DNA of 64,000 bases from Opitutales bacterium (GCA_965197745.1 CBDANS010000007.1:1408001-1472000); one strand, 5' to 3'. Positions 20,426 through 31,460 are shown, counted from the first letter of the stretch. Notes: generated by a model not told the origin, from the letters alone. Made by a program: numbers and translations.

Positions 20426-22696
20426 GTGATCCTAGCGAATATGATTGTTACCAGGTATTGCCGCATCTGGGTTGCCGCGGTTTTATTACTGGCTACCGTT
20501 GACGCCGGATATGGCGCTAAATCCTCCTCGGGGTGGTATAACTGGCGCGGCCCGGATCAAAATGGAACCTCTCCTGAAATTAATTTACCGGATAAATGGG
20601 AATTAGATGGGGCCAATCATCTTTGGACTTACCCGATATCTGGAGGAGGCACTCCGGTGGTAAGAGACGATCGGGTATATATCTTTGGCTATAGAGGCGA
20701 AGGGGAAGACCTTCAAGAGGTTCTCCTTTGCCTCAATGCTCTAAACGGTGAACGTATTTGGGAGCAGTGCTTCAATGATTTTCTCAGCGATATTGTCTAT
20801 AACCGTTATGCTATAGGTGCGCCAGCTTTGGATCCCGATACCGGGAATGTTTATCTGCAGACCAGCGCGGGACTGCTTTTAGGCTTTGATCAAAACGGTC
20901 AGCGTCTCTGGGAACATTCGATGATGGAAGAATATGGAAGGCTTACTTTTCCCAATGGGCGTACCGGTGGACCCGTCATTGACGGCGATCTGGTTATCGT
21001 CCACGGCATCACGGCCAACTGGGGCCGCAACGGACCGGCGCGGGATCGTTTTTATGCTTTTGATAAGAGGACAGGAGAACTTGTCTGGTATTCACAACCT
21101 GGAGTCCAGCCTCAGGACAGTTCGTTTTCCACCCCCGTCTTCGGCTGGATCGGTAAGCGCCGGGTTTTTTATTGTGGCACGGGTTGTGGAAACATCGTGT
21201 GCGTGGATGCGCGTACCGGGCAACCGATATGGCGTTTTCAAATGTCACTCGGCGGAGTAAATTCATCGGTAGTTTTATTTGAAAAAAACAAGCTCATTGC
21301 CATCCACGGCAAAGAGAATCTGGATACCTCGAGCATAGGTCGAATGGTCTGTCTGGAAATTCCCACGCATTTACCGGATGACCTTAAGCTTCCTTTTGTT
21401 CTCGGTCCCGATGCCGAGTTATGGCGCAATGACAGTGAGTCCTTTACGAGCTCACCGGTGCTCCAAGGTAAGCGCATTTATCTGACCGATCGCACCGGCG
21501 AACTTATATGTATAGATGCGGATACGGGAGTGGAGCTATGGAATAAGAAGCTTTCTCCGGATCAGTTGCATGCCTCGCCATTATGGGCAGATAATAAACT
21601 CTACGTGCCGATGCGCGATAGTATTTTTTATATTATCCACCCCGGAGAGACCGAGGCAAAGATCCTCAATCAGGTTAAACTCGAAGGGGTCTGCCTCGGA
21701 GCGCCGGCGGTTAACAGGGGGCGCGTCTATGTACATACGCAGGTTAATCTCTATTGTTTTGGTTCACCGTCATCGCGTAATTATAAAATTAAAAAACGAA
21801 AACCGCTTGTCAAAACCGGACCTCCTGCAGAACTTCAGATTATTCCCGCGGAATTTGCCGCGCGTTCAGGAGAAAGTTTATCCTTCACCGTATGGAACCT
21901 GGATAAAAACGGTAATCGAATAAATAAAGTAACCGATCTTAACTGGAACTCTTCCGTTCCTTCTTATGCCAATGTCGACAGTTCTGGTGTTCTTGCCATT
22001 GAACCTTCCCTTGAGGTAATTGCCGGCAGCATTAAAGCTTCGGCAGGTAATCTCCGAGGAAGCACACGGGGCCGTATCTTACCGGACCTTAATTATAAAG
22101 AAGACTTTGAATCCTTCAGGCTCGATCATAAAACGCCGGGTGGAGTGGCCTTTGCCTATCCGCCCACGCCTTGGATCGGGGCGCGACTGCGTTGGCGGAT
22201 TTTAAATAGGGAGGGGAATCAGGTGATGGAAAATACCCTTGAGCGGGTTCTCTTTCAACGTTCAACGAACTTTATCGGTCACCATAATATGAATAATTAC
22301 ACGATGGAAGCCGATGTCATGAGCGATGGCAACCGCCGTATCATGTCTAATGTCGGGCTTATCAATCAGCGTTACCTGATCGCCCTTGTAGGTAACTGGC
22401 AGATTCTTGAAATTGTTTCCAATCATGATCGACTCAAAGTTTCCGTGCCTTTTAAATGGAAACCTAATGTATGGTATCGATTGAAAACGCGGGTTGATGT
22501 AAACGCAGAAGGGAGAGGTCTCGTGCGGGCAAAAGCCTGGGAAAAAAAATCCCCCGAACCCGATTCCTGGACAATAGAAGTCACGCATAATATAGCTCAC
22601 CAGGAGGGAGCCCCAGCATTGTACGCATTTTCACCGCAAAGCCAAAAGCATGTTTATATCGACAATCTGTCGATTACCCCTAATCAAAATAATTAG
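20426..22696 (+). CDS. secreted PQQ-like beta-propeller protein with C-terminal beta-sandwich domain
   Basis: Signal peptide, W.NWRGP, D..TG..W repeats, extra C-terminal domain of about 200 aa. Confidence 0.88.
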   Translation: MILANMIVTRYCRIWVAAVLLLATVDAGYGAKSSSGWYNWRGPDQNGTSPEINLPDKWELDGANHLWTYPISGGGTPVVRDDRVYIFGYRGEGEDLQEVLLCLNALNGERIWEQCFNDFLSDIVYNRYAIGAPALDPDTGNVYLQTSAGLLLGFDQNGQRLWEHSMMEEYGRLTFPNGRTGGPVIDGDLVIVHGITANWGRNGPARDRFYAFDKRTGELVWYSQPGVQPQDSSFSTPVFGWIGKRRVFYCGTGCGNIVCVDARTGQPIWRFQMSLGGVNSSVVLFEKNKLIAIHGKENLDTSSIGRMVCLEIPTHLPDDLKLPFVLGPDAELWRNDSESFTSSPVLQGKRIYLTDRTGELICIDADTGVELWNKKLSPDQLHASPLWADNKLYVPMRDSIFYIIHPGETEAKILNQVKLEGVCLGAPAVNRGRVYVHTQVNLYCFGSPSSRNYKIKKRKPLVKTGPPAELQIIPAEFAARSGESLSFTVWNLDKNGNRINKVTDLNWNSSVPSYANVDSSGVLAIEPSLEVIAGSIKASAGNLRGSTRGRILPDLNYKEDFESFRLDHKTPGGVAFAYPPTPWIGARLRWRILNREGNQVMENTLERVLFQRSTNFIGHHNMNNYTMEADVMSDGNRRIMSNVGLINQRYLIALVGNWQILEIVSNHDRLKVSVPFKWKPNVWYRLKTRVDVNAEGRGLVRAKAWEKKSPEPDSWTIEVTHNIAHQEGAPALYAFSPQSQKHVYIDNLSITPNQNN

Positions 22697-22706
22697 GAAT
22701 TTTTAA

Positions 22707-24269
22707 ATGAATTCAGTTAACTATTATATAGGCTTGCTTACCTGTTTGGGAATTGTGGGGATAGCATTTAACCCCGTTTTAACGATGGCTGAAGACTGGC
22801 CTATGTGGGGGCGCGATCCGAGCCGTAACATGGTCTCAATGGAAAACAACCTTCCCGAGACATTTGACCTGGGTGAAACGATAGAGGGAAGCGAAGAAAT
22901 AGACTTGGCAACAGCACAAAACATTCAATGGGTCGCCAAATTGGGATCTCAAAGTTACGGTAACCCATCGGTTTCTGACGGTCGTGTCTATATTGGGACC
23001 AATAATGAAGTGCCGCGTGATGCCGACAATATCGGCGATCGCGGGATACTTATGAGTTTTGATGAAGAAACAGGAGGGTTCCTCTGGCAGCTTATTGTCC
23101 CCAAACTTGGCGCCGGTAAAGTCAGTGATTGGGAATACATCGGGATCTGTTCATCTCCCGCGGTCATCGATAATTTTGCCTATGTGGTGACTAACCGGGG
23201 TGAAGTTTTGTGTTTGGATGTGAATGGCATGGAAAATGGGAATGATGGGCCGTTTAAAAATGAAGGGGAATATATGGCGGTCGCTGGAAAACCACCGGTG
23301 GAAGTTAAAGACAGTCATGCGGACATCATGTGGCGCTTTAACATGCGCGACGAGCTCGGTGTATTCCCACACAATATAACCAGTTGCTCCCCTTTGATGA
23401 TAGACAGCTATGTTTACTCGTCGACGTCAAATGGAGTTGATTGGTCACACACGAATATACCCGCTCCGTTTGCACCCAGTTTTGTCGTCCTGGATAAGCG
23501 CAATGGATCATTGCGCGGTGAGGAGAATTCGGGCATAAGTGCCAGGGCTCTGCATGCTTGTTGGACATCTCCGACTTACGGTGAGGTTGATGGTAAAGGG
23601 ATGATAATATGGGGTGGGTCCGATGGATGGTGTTACGGCTATGACCCCGTCCCCATAAAAAATGATGATGATTTCTTTGAGTTAAATGAACTCTGGCGCT
23701 TCGATTGTAATTCACCGCAATATCGATATAAAGATGACAAGCCATTAAGGTATGCCACCTCGAAAGGGCCCAGTGAAATAATTGCCACTCCGGTATTTTA
23801 TAAAAACCGCGCTTATATTGCCATTGGCCAGGATCCCGAACATGGGGATGGCGTAGGTCAATTAAGTTGCATTGATGTCAGCAAGCGAGGGGATATTAGT
23901 GAAACGGGTGCAATTTGGGTCTACCAGGATATTGGCAGAACAATATCAACAGTCTCCATTAAGGATGACTTGCTTTATATTGCTGAATATGCCGGTAAAA
24001 TCCACTGTCTCGACGCGGATACGGGAAAACCTTACTGGATATACGATACCCAAAGCCGCATCTGGGGCTCAACACTCGTAGCTGATGGTAAAGTATATAT
24101 CGGCAATGAAGATGGAGATCTGGTCATCTTAAAGGCGGGAAAAACGATGGGATTGATTAATAAAGTAAATTTTGGTTCTCCTATTTACAGCAGTCCCATC
24201 GTCGCCAATGGAACCTTGTATGTGGCAAGCCAAACCCATCTCTTTGCCATCAGTAAATCAGCGCCATGA
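22707..24269 (+). CDS. secreted PQQ-like beta-propeller repeat protein
   Basis: Signal peptide, DWPMWGR..SRNM, CLDA.TG..W, SSP.VA.G.LYV. Confidence 0.88.
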   Translation: MNSVNYYIGLLTCLGIVGIAFNPVLTMAEDWPMWGRDPSRNMVSMENNLPETFDLGETIEGSEEIDLATAQNIQWVAKLGSQSYGNPSVSDGRVYIGTNNEVPRDADNIGDRGILMSFDEETGGFLWQLIVPKLGAGKVSDWEYIGICSSPAVIDNFAYVVTNRGEVLCLDVNGMENGNDGPFKNEGEYMAVAGKPPVEVKDSHADIMWRFNMRDELGVFPHNITSCSPLMIDSYVYSSTSNGVDWSHTNIPAPFAPSFVVLDKRNGSLRGEENSGISARALHACWTSPTYGEVDGKGMIIWGGSDGWCYGYDPVPIKNDDDFFELNELWRFDCNSPQYRYKDDKPLRYATSKGPSEIIATPVFYKNRAYIAIGQDPEHGDGVGQLSCIDVSKRGDISETGAIWVYQDIGRTISTVSIKDDLLYIAEYAGKIHCLDADTGKPYWIYDTQSRIWGSTLVADGKVYIGNEDGDLVILKAGKTMGLINKVNFGSPIYSSPIVANGTLYVASQTHLFAISKSAP

Positions 24270-24526
24270 ATAAAAGCTCTTCCCCTCTTAAATATATCAT
24301 TTATGCCTATCTCGGCATTCTTTTCATTTTGCATCAGGACTTCTGGTTGTGGGATGACGGAAGCTTAGCATTGGGTTTTATCCCTGCGGGACTTATTTAT
24401 CATATCGGTTATTCAATAATGGCAACCCTGGGCTGGATCCTGGTCATAAAGTATGCCTGGCCCACTGAATTGGAAAATATTTCAGAGCAGCCTGCAGATT
24501 CTGCCTCCTCAACGACGGAAGCTTGA
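24266..24526 (+). CDS. DUF3311-like small membrane protein (SSS partner)
   Basis: LHQDFW.W.....LGF.P.GL.YH; overlaps both neighbours by 4 nt and precedes an SSS gene. Confidence 0.8.
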   Translation: MNKSSSPLKYIIYAYLGILFILHQDFWLWDDGSLALGFIPAGLIYHIGYSIMATLGWILVIKYAWPTELENISEQPADSASSTTEA

Positions 24527-26022
24527 TGACCCCATTAATTATTATCTCCGGTTATCTTTGTTTGCTTTTTGTCTTAGGACAGATCAGCGGTAAATTCTTT
24601 CGGGGTACGCCCAGTGATTTTTTTGTTGCCAGTCGGTCGATTGGGTCCTTCCTGCTCCTCATGTCGGTCTTTGGCACGACGATGACGGCCTTTGCCATGG
24701 TAGGCAGCACGGGTGAAGCATACCGGGTGGGCATCGGGACTTATGGCAAGATGGCATCCTGGTCTGGCCTGATACATTCCGCCTGTTTTTTCTTTATTGG
24801 AATACGATTATGGTCATTCGGGAAACGTTACGGTTATAACACACAAATTCAGTTTTTTCGAGATCGATTTGAGAGTAATGCAATCGGCATACTTTTATTT
24901 CCAATCCTCGTGTGTCTTGTCATCCCCTATCTCCTAATCGGTTTACTCGGCGCAGGGAGTCTTGTCCGTGGGGTTACCGCCGGCGCATTTCCCGAGTTGT
25001 TTGCCGAGACAAGAGGGGGGATTCCACCCGCGATAACCGCGGGCATAATTTCCATTGTTGTCCTTACCTATGTTTTGCGGGGAGGGGTGCGCAGCGCTGC
25101 CTGGGCTAATACATTTCAAACTATAGTATTTATGATCATGGGCCTCGTTGCTTTTTTTATTATTTCTTCAAAACTGGGAGGGCCTTCATCTGCCAGCCAG
25201 ATGGCTAATCCCGAGAGGATGATACGTGGTGAATCTATTCCCCCTATGCAGTTTTTTACGTACTGTTTTATTCCCCTTTCAGTAGCCATGTTTCCCCATC
25301 TCTTTCAGCATTGGCTCACCGCGAAATCGGCCCGGACTTTCCGTTTAACCCTGGTCGCTCATCCCCTTTTTATCATGATTACCTGGGTCCCCTGTATCCT
25401 CATTGGGGTATGGGCGTCAGGAGCCATCATCGACGGTGTAAAAGTGATCACTGAAGGCACTAACCCCAATGCGGTCCTGGGCATTATGGTCGGTAAACTG
25501 ACAAATCCCGTTATCGCCGGTCTCGTCTCATCCGGGGTGCTGGCCGCGATCATGTCTTCACTTGATTCGCAATTTGTCTGTTTGGGAACCATGTTTACAG
25601 AAGACATCGTCCTACATCACTTCCGTCGTTACCGGTTGTCGGAGAAACAGGTTTTATGGATGGCCCGAGGATTTATAATCCTCATTGTTCTTATAACCTA
25701 CCTTTTGTCACTTGCTAATCCGGTGCAGATTTTCTCGCTCGGGGTCTGGTGCTTCAGTGGGTTTGGTGCGCTTTTCCCCCTTGTGTTTGCGGCTATCTAC
25801 TGGAAAAGGGTAACGTGCGCGGGAGCGATCGGCTCCATCATCTGTGCAGCATTGACCTGGTTCTATTTATTTCACAAATCGGATTACGGTCTCAATCGCG
25901 GTTATCTTATCGGTGATGCCATGCCAGTCGTTTTTATTTTTTTAGCCTGCCTCATCCCACTTGTGCTCATTTCTCTTCTAAGCAAACCTCCCTCTAAGGA
26001 AACACTGAATAAATTCTTTTAG
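24523..26022 (+). CDS. sodium:solute symporter family protein
   Basis: DFF.ASRS.G, GG.R..AW.N.FQ, AAIMSSLDSQ. Confidence 0.92.
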   Translation: MMTPLIIISGYLCLLFVLGQISGKFFRGTPSDFFVASRSIGSFLLLMSVFGTTMTAFAMVGSTGEAYRVGIGTYGKMASWSGLIHSACFFFIGIRLWSFGKRYGYNTQIQFFRDRFESNAIGILLFPILVCLVIPYLLIGLLGAGSLVRGVTAGAFPELFAETRGGIPPAITAGIISIVVLTYVLRGGVRSAAWANTFQTIVFMIMGLVAFFIISSKLGGPSSASQMANPERMIRGESIPPMQFFTYCFIPLSVAMFPHLFQHWLTAKSARTFRLTLVAHPLFIMITWVPCILIGVWASGAIIDGVKVITEGTNPNAVLGIMVGKLTNPVIAGLVSSGVLAAIMSSLDSQFVCLGTMFTEDIVLHHFRRYRLSEKQVLWMARGFIILIVLITYLLSLANPVQIFSLGVWCFSGFGALFPLVFAAIYWKRVTCAGAIGSIICAALTWFYLFHKSDYGLNRGYLIGDAMPVVFIFLACLIPLVLISLLSKPPSKETLNKFF

Positions 26023-26091
26023 GGCAAACGTAACGTTTTCTTCATACCTGTCAGGTTTCCAGAACTTATCTGTTATGAATAAACGATAGAG

Positions 26092-26283
26092 GGTGGAGCG
26101 GTCTGTCTCAGCACGCTTCTTTTTTAATAATAAGAAAACACGCGGTAGGGACACCGCGTTCCACCAAGATATTGTTAGTAAATACTGGAGGGACGCGCTC
26201 CGTCGCGTCCGTTAACATCTTTTACAATAAGAAAAATAAATGATTCTCATATTATAGCGGACGCAACGGAGTGCGTCCCTCCA
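26092..26283. repeat. REP cluster: two inverted REP doublets
   Basis: Class C at 26092-26118(+) and 26140-26165(-); class A at 26185-26211(+) and 26258-26283(-); AT-rich linkers. Confidence 0.85.
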
Positions 26284-26486
26284 ACCTTCGACTTTCGATA
26301 TTTGATTTTTCCTCCATGATGATCTGTGAATTGCTAATTTTCCTGTTTCACTCTAATTTCACGATTGCAGGACGCTGGATTTCCTCAGCACGCTTCTTTT
26401 TATTATATTAACATTATGCACGACAGGCGCTTCCTACCCGTGTAAGCATTGGTAAAAGATCCTTTAATTTGCTATCATTACCTGAG

Positions 26487-27560
26487 ATGAGTTTAGAACC
26501 ATTAGTCGAAAATGCAGCCAGCCAACTGGACGCTTATGTGCGCGACATGGTGCAATGGCATTTTTCACCCGAGAGCGGTTCTCCATTCTGGCTTGATTGG
26601 TCGAGTAAGGCGGGGTGGAACCCCGGACAGGAAATTAAATCTTTTGCCGACCTCATGCGTTTTCCCCATTTCGATGATGAATGGTTGCGCGACGAGCCTA
26701 ATGAACGGTGGATTCCGAAAGCTAACGAGGGCAAACCTTTTATGATATTCGAAACAGGAGGCACAACGGGAATGCCAAAACAGCGAATAAGTTGGGAGGA
26801 CCATCTCACTGATTATGCCGATTTCTCAGCCGGTCTCGATGAGAGGGGATTTCCGCGTGGCGGTAATTGGCTAATGTTGGGACCAACGGGTCCTCGAAGA
26901 TTAAGAATCTCCATCGAATATCTGGCTAACCTCAGAGGGGGCTCCTGTTATTTTGCTGATCTGGATTCACGCTGGGTAAAAAAACTAATTGCTTCTAAGG
27001 ATTTTAAAGAGGCCAACAAGTATAAAGATCACGTTGTGCAGCAAGGGTTGGAATTGCTTAAGAATCGCAAGATTGCCTGCCTTTTTACTACCCCAAAAAT
27101 ACTTGAAGCACTGGGGGAAGAGGTTTCCCTGCCCGATGTCGGTATAAAAGGCGTGTTTTGCGGCGGGACGACTATGACTCCTCAAACCGTGCGCTTTCTG
27201 GTGGAGGAAGTTTTAGAAAATCGTGTCGCATTCGTTCCCACCTATGGTAACACCCTTATGGGATTAGCACGCAGTCGCCCTCTTAGACCTGAAGACAATT
27301 TCAGTATTACTTATTACGCGCCCCAACCGCGCGCCGTTCTTCGTATTGTCGATAAAGACGACACGGCAAAGACCGTCGACTATAATGATTACGGGCGCGT
27401 TGAACTGACTACGCTGACGCATGAGTTTTTCATGCCACGTTTTCTAGAGCGAGATGAAGCGATTCGCCGCCCGCCCTGCGAAGAATTCGCCTGGGATGGG
27501 GTCGGTGATGTCCGACCTTACGGAGCCCTGGACACCCAGATTGTAGAAGGCGTTTATTAG
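26487..27560 (+). CDS. GriC/EhpF-like adenylating subunit (LuxE/PaaK-related acyl-activating enzyme)
   Basis: WHF.P..GSPFW, ETGGTTG.PK P-loop, GPTGP, YGNTL.G, G.V.LT.L..E.F.P..LERD. Confidence 0.7.
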   Translation: MSLEPLVENAASQLDAYVRDMVQWHFSPESGSPFWLDWSSKAGWNPGQEIKSFADLMRFPHFDDEWLRDEPNERWIPKANEGKPFMIFETGGTTGMPKQRISWEDHLTDYADFSAGLDERGFPRGGNWLMLGPTGPRRLRISIEYLANLRGGSCYFADLDSRWVKKLIASKDFKEANKYKDHVVQQGLELLKNRKIACLFTTPKILEALGEEVSLPDVGIKGVFCGGTTMTPQTVRFLVEEVLENRVAFVPTYGNTLMGLARSRPLRPEDNFSITYYAPQPRAVLRIVDKDDTAKTVDYNDYGRVELTTLTHEFFMPRFLERDEAIRRPPCEEFAWDGVGDVRPYGALDTQIVEGVY

Positions 27561-27582
27561 ATTTAATGCTGTGCTTGGAGAG

Positions 27583-29019
27583 ATGAAGGATACACCACAT
27601 TTGAACGCTTTACGTCTGGGGGTTCCATATAAAAGTCTGGATACGATGGAGCTTGTTGACAATAGAAACAGCAAAATACTCGCCAGCATAAGCCAGGTGA
27701 ATTCTGGTTTAATAAGGCGTGATTTGCGCAAGGTAAGCTCCGCCCGAGAAACATTCTCCCAGGTAAAAGCACAAGATCTGCTCCAGCAATTTACTAAAGC
27801 GGGAGAGCTTTTTATAACCGCGAATTTAAAAGTAGATTCTGATGACTTTGCTCAGAGTCCGGAGGAATACATCAATGCGCTTTCGGGCAGTACCGGGCTT
27901 CCGCAAACGCTCTGCCGGTCAAACATGAAAAAAATTCATTACGTTTTGACGCATATGGAGATGATACTGCACGGGTTGAGCCGGGGGTTAACCCCTGATA
28001 TTTTAGATAGTAGCCTCGGCAATTACGGGGGAATAGAAATGTGCTTTTATCCGGTGACCGACTGTCTGGGTGTTGTCCTGCCAAGCAATTCTCCGGGTGT
28101 AAATTCGCTCTGGCTTCCAGCCATCGCGATGAAGATACCAGTCATTATAAAACCGGGGCGCGAAGACCCCTGGACACCGTTGCGCATTATTCAGGCTTTA
28201 TATTCTGCGGGGATTCCCCGTGAAGCGATCAGTTTTTATCCCACAGATCATGAAGGGGCAGATACCATTCTTGAACAGTGCGGCCGGGGCATGATTTTTG
28301 GCGGAGCCAATGTTAATCGCTATGAAAGCGATTCACGCATTCAGATACATGGCGCTGGTCGAAGTAAAGTTCTCATCGGCAATGACTGTGTCGATCAATG
28401 GGAAAGTTTTTTGGATGTAATATTAGAATCGATAACAACAAACAGCGGACGCAGCTGCATTAATGCTTCAACGATTGTTACGCCCAGGCATGGCGATGCC
28501 ATTGCTGAAGAGCTGGCCAGGTGCGTTGCCGGAATTCAGCCAAAAGCACTGGATGACGGGGATGCTCAACTGGCGGGTTTTGCCAATTCAAAAATGGCAG
28601 AAGTGATTGATAAGACCATTGAAAGCGGTCTGAAAGCAACAGGTGCGGAAGACATTACAGGTCGATTGCGTCGGGATCCAAGAAAAATTGAATTTGGAGG
28701 GCAGATCTATCTTTTACCGACTATTGTTAAATGTGAAAGTTTTGAACACCCCCTCGCAAATAGTGAATTCATGTTCCCTTTTGCCAGTGTTGTGCAGATT
28801 CCACAGAAACATATGGAATCAGAAATTGGTCATTCTCTAGTAGTCACCGCAATAACAAAGGACCAGAACTGGATTAAAGACTTAATAAAATCTCCACACA
28901 TAGATCGTCTGAATATCGGGACTGTGCCAACCACTCTGGTGCATTGGGATCAGCCGCATGAAGGCAATCTTTTTGACTTTCTCTACCATCGACGAGCGAT
29001 TCAACGTGTACAGGCATAG
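27583..29019 (+). CDS. GriD/EhpG-like reductase subunit (aldehyde dehydrogenase/LuxC fold)
   Basis: PSNSPGV, KPG..DP.TP.R, G.GRSK, NSGRSCINAS catalytic Cys, E..FP, PHEG. Confidence 0.72.
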   Translation: MKDTPHLNALRLGVPYKSLDTMELVDNRNSKILASISQVNSGLIRRDLRKVSSARETFSQVKAQDLLQQFTKAGELFITANLKVDSDDFAQSPEEYINALSGSTGLPQTLCRSNMKKIHYVLTHMEMILHGLSRGLTPDILDSSLGNYGGIEMCFYPVTDCLGVVLPSNSPGVNSLWLPAIAMKIPVIIKPGREDPWTPLRIIQALYSAGIPREAISFYPTDHEGADTILEQCGRGMIFGGANVNRYESDSRIQIHGAGRSKVLIGNDCVDQWESFLDVILESITTNSGRSCINASTIVTPRHGDAIAEELARCVAGIQPKALDDGDAQLAGFANSKMAEVIDKTIESGLKATGAEDITGRLRRDPRKIEFGGQIYLLPTIVKCESFEHPLANSEFMFPFASVVQIPQKHMESEIGHSLVVTAITKDQNWIKDLIKSPHIDRLNIGTVPTTLVHWDQPHEGNLFDFLYHRRAIQRVQA

Positions 29020-29025
29020 AAAAAT

Positions 29026-30192
29026 ATGATCGGATTTGAAGCAAAGTCAGCACCTGGAATAGTGTATGGAATCGACTCCGTGGATAAGATTGGACCCTGG
29101 GTTAATTCGCTTGGAGCAAGCAAAGTATTACTTGTTACTGATCCGGGTATCGTGTCCGTTGGCCATTTGGATCGCGTTACAAAAAGGATCAGGCATGCCG
29201 GATTAGACTTTTGCGCGTATACCGATGTCACTGAAAATCCTACGACTAAGGTGGTTTCTCAGTGTGCGGAGACAGCAAGGGCAGCCAATGTGGATCTGAT
29301 CATTGGACTGGGCGGTGGCAGCAGTCTTGATACCGCTAAGGGTTGCAACATGCTTTTATCTAACGGGGGACAAATTCAGGATTACAAAGGTTACGGGAAA
29401 GTTGCGAATCCCATGCTGCCCTTTATTGCCATTCCCACGACAACCGGCACCGGTAGTGAAAGTCAGTCCTACGCTTTGATTTGTGATGAAAACACACATG
29501 AAAAATTGGCCTGTGGCGATCCTAAGGCGATTGCGGCGATTGCGATCCTCGATCCGAGCCTGGCTAAAACCCAACCGCCAATTGTCACCGCCTGTTCGGG
29601 TGTAGATGCGATGGCGCATGCCATCGAGTCTATGGTTTCGCTCAATTACAACGAGCTGTCATCGCTTTATTCGCGCGAAGCATTCCGAATTGTCAATTCA
29701 AATCTGGAAAAGGTACTCTTTTCAACGCCGGAAATCGAAGCGTATGGAGCGATGCTCCTGGGGGCTTCCTATGCGGGTCTTGCTATCGAAAACAGCATGC
29801 TCGGATGCGCGCATGCGGCAGCTAATCCACTGACAGCACGATTTAACATCGTCCATGGCCACGCCGTAGGTTTGATGCTGCCGCATGTCATGCGTTTCAA
29901 TGCTGAGGACGCGGTAGCCCGGGATATTTATGCCGGTTTAGCCATTGACGCAGGAATAGCGGATCAAGGTGTATCACAGGACCAGGCCTGCGAACGACTG
30001 ATCGAGCGAGTGGTAGCTATCCTTGAACGGTCTGTCCTCTCAACATCGCTTTCGGAGTGCCATGTATCACACGAAGAAATTTCACCCCTTGCCGTTGAGG
30101 CATCTAAACAATGGACCGCTTTATTTAATCCACGCCCGATGACGGTTGAGGATTTTATAAAATTATATGAAGCCGCTTATTCATCTGCATAA
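29026..30192 (+). CDS. iron-containing alcohol dehydrogenase
   Basis: GLGGGS.LD.AK, IPTT.GTGSE, DA.AHAIE, AH..A......HG.A. Confidence 0.93.
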   Translation: MIGFEAKSAPGIVYGIDSVDKIGPWVNSLGASKVLLVTDPGIVSVGHLDRVTKRIRHAGLDFCAYTDVTENPTTKVVSQCAETARAANVDLIIGLGGGSSLDTAKGCNMLLSNGGQIQDYKGYGKVANPMLPFIAIPTTTGTGSESQSYALICDENTHEKLACGDPKAIAAIAILDPSLAKTQPPIVTACSGVDAMAHAIESMVSLNYNELSSLYSREAFRIVNSNLEKVLFSTPEIEAYGAMLLGASYAGLAIENSMLGCAHAAANPLTARFNIVHGHAVGLMLPHVMRFNAEDAVARDIYAGLAIDAGIADQGVSQDQACERLIERVVAILERSVLSTSLSECHVSHEEISPLAVEASKQWTALFNPRPMTVEDFIKLYEAAYSSA

Positions 30193-30236
30193 TTTCATTT
30201 GAGTGAATTCATCATGTATATTTCTGCCTGGGAAAG

Positions 30237-31439
30237 ATGATCCGAAATTTCAGTTTTAAATTGTGCCTCTTAGTCCTCTTCGTAAGACCGGGAAGCGGTC
30301 ATTGGCTGTGCGCCGGGGATAACGAATTTAATACGGCAGCGACGGAAGATGAGGTAAAAATAGTGAGCAGTAATCTCTCTCACGCCTCAGAATGGAGTAT
30401 GCATCGTGGCAGTCCACAGCTTCAGGGTCTGGCTCGAGGCAGGATATCAGAAAATCCTGCACTCCGATGGTCATTTGATACCGGTGATTCTATAAAGTCC
30501 TCCGCCGCGATCGTGGGGAACCGGATATTTATTGGTTCAGACTCTGGAAAGGTACATGCTCTGGATCTCGATTCAGGTCATGAGATTTGGTCATACGCAA
30601 CTGAAGGACCAATCGAGGCGACGCCTTGTGTCGTTAACGAAACCGTATTTACCGGATCTTCTGATTCTTTTCTTTATGCTCTTGATATAAATACCGGTAA
30701 ATTAAAGTGGAAGTATCAGACCGGGGACAAGATCATGGGTGGCGCTAATTGGGCGTTGAATCCCATGGGTGATAATGTCTGGATACTTTTTGGAAGTTAT
30801 GACGGCGCATTACACTGCGTGGATGCCGAATCTGGCGCGTTGATCTGGAAGCATCAAACGGAGTACTTTGTCAATGGCACACCGGCTATTTTAGAAGAGA
30901 GTAAAGTTGTATTTGGCGGATGCGATTCCCACATATATATACTCCGGCTTGAAGATGGAACGGAACTGAAGAGAATAGAATCGGGCGCTTATATCGCATC
31001 CTCGATTGCCATTTTTGACGAACGCGGATTTGTGGGACACTATAACAATGATGTCCTCTCATTTGATTTGAAAGCGGGATCAATTCTCTGGACTTACAGT
31101 GATAATAACTATCCTTATTTCTCCTCAGCAGCCGTCACTGCTGAATATGTTGTAATCGGCAGTCGTGATAAACGATTGCATTGCATTAACCGAAATTCCG
31201 GTAAAGGAGAATGGCAATTTCAGACCCTTGGGCCAATAGACAGTTCTCCTGTTGTCTGTGATAATAAAATTATATTTGGTTCACGCGACGGGCACCTCTA
31301 TATATTAAATCTTAAAACCGGAAAAGAGGCATGGTCTTACGACATAGGCGCGCCGGTGACCTCTTCCCCGGCAATGGGTGACGGTAAAATTGTCATAGGC
31401 TCGGAAGATGGCTCAGTCTATATGTTTGACGCTGGCTAA
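30237..31439 (+). CDS. secreted PQQ-like (BamB-like) beta-propeller protein
   Basis: Signal-like N-terminus, W.MHRG, regular GS.D..L.ALD..TG..W repeats. Confidence 0.88.
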   Translation: MIRNFSFKLCLLVLFVRPGSGHWLCAGDNEFNTAATEDEVKIVSSNLSHASEWSMHRGSPQLQGLARGRISENPALRWSFDTGDSIKSSAAIVGNRIFIGSDSGKVHALDLDSGHEIWSYATEGPIEATPCVVNETVFTGSSDSFLYALDINTGKLKWKYQTGDKIMGGANWALNPMGDNVWILFGSYDGALHCVDAESGALIWKHQTEYFVNGTPAILEESKVVFGGCDSHIYILRLEDGTELKRIESGAYIASSIAIFDERGFVGHYNNDVLSFDLKAGSILWTYSDNNYPYFSSAAVTAEYVVIGSRDKRLHCINRNSGKGEWQFQTLGPIDSSPVVCDNKIIFGSRDGHLYILNLKTGKEAWSYDIGAPVTSSPAMGDGKIVIGSEDGSVYMFDAG

Positions 31440-31460
31440 CTAATAAAACATTTTAATATT

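Noticed and set aside
19133..24269. Calling the propellers bamB or PQQ-dependent dehydrogenases
   Set aside because: Only the generic blade repeat is evident; there is no bam/der context and no pqq genes
26487..29019. Phenazine or lux operon
   Set aside because: No phzA-G or luxAB homologs are present; only the activating/reducing pair
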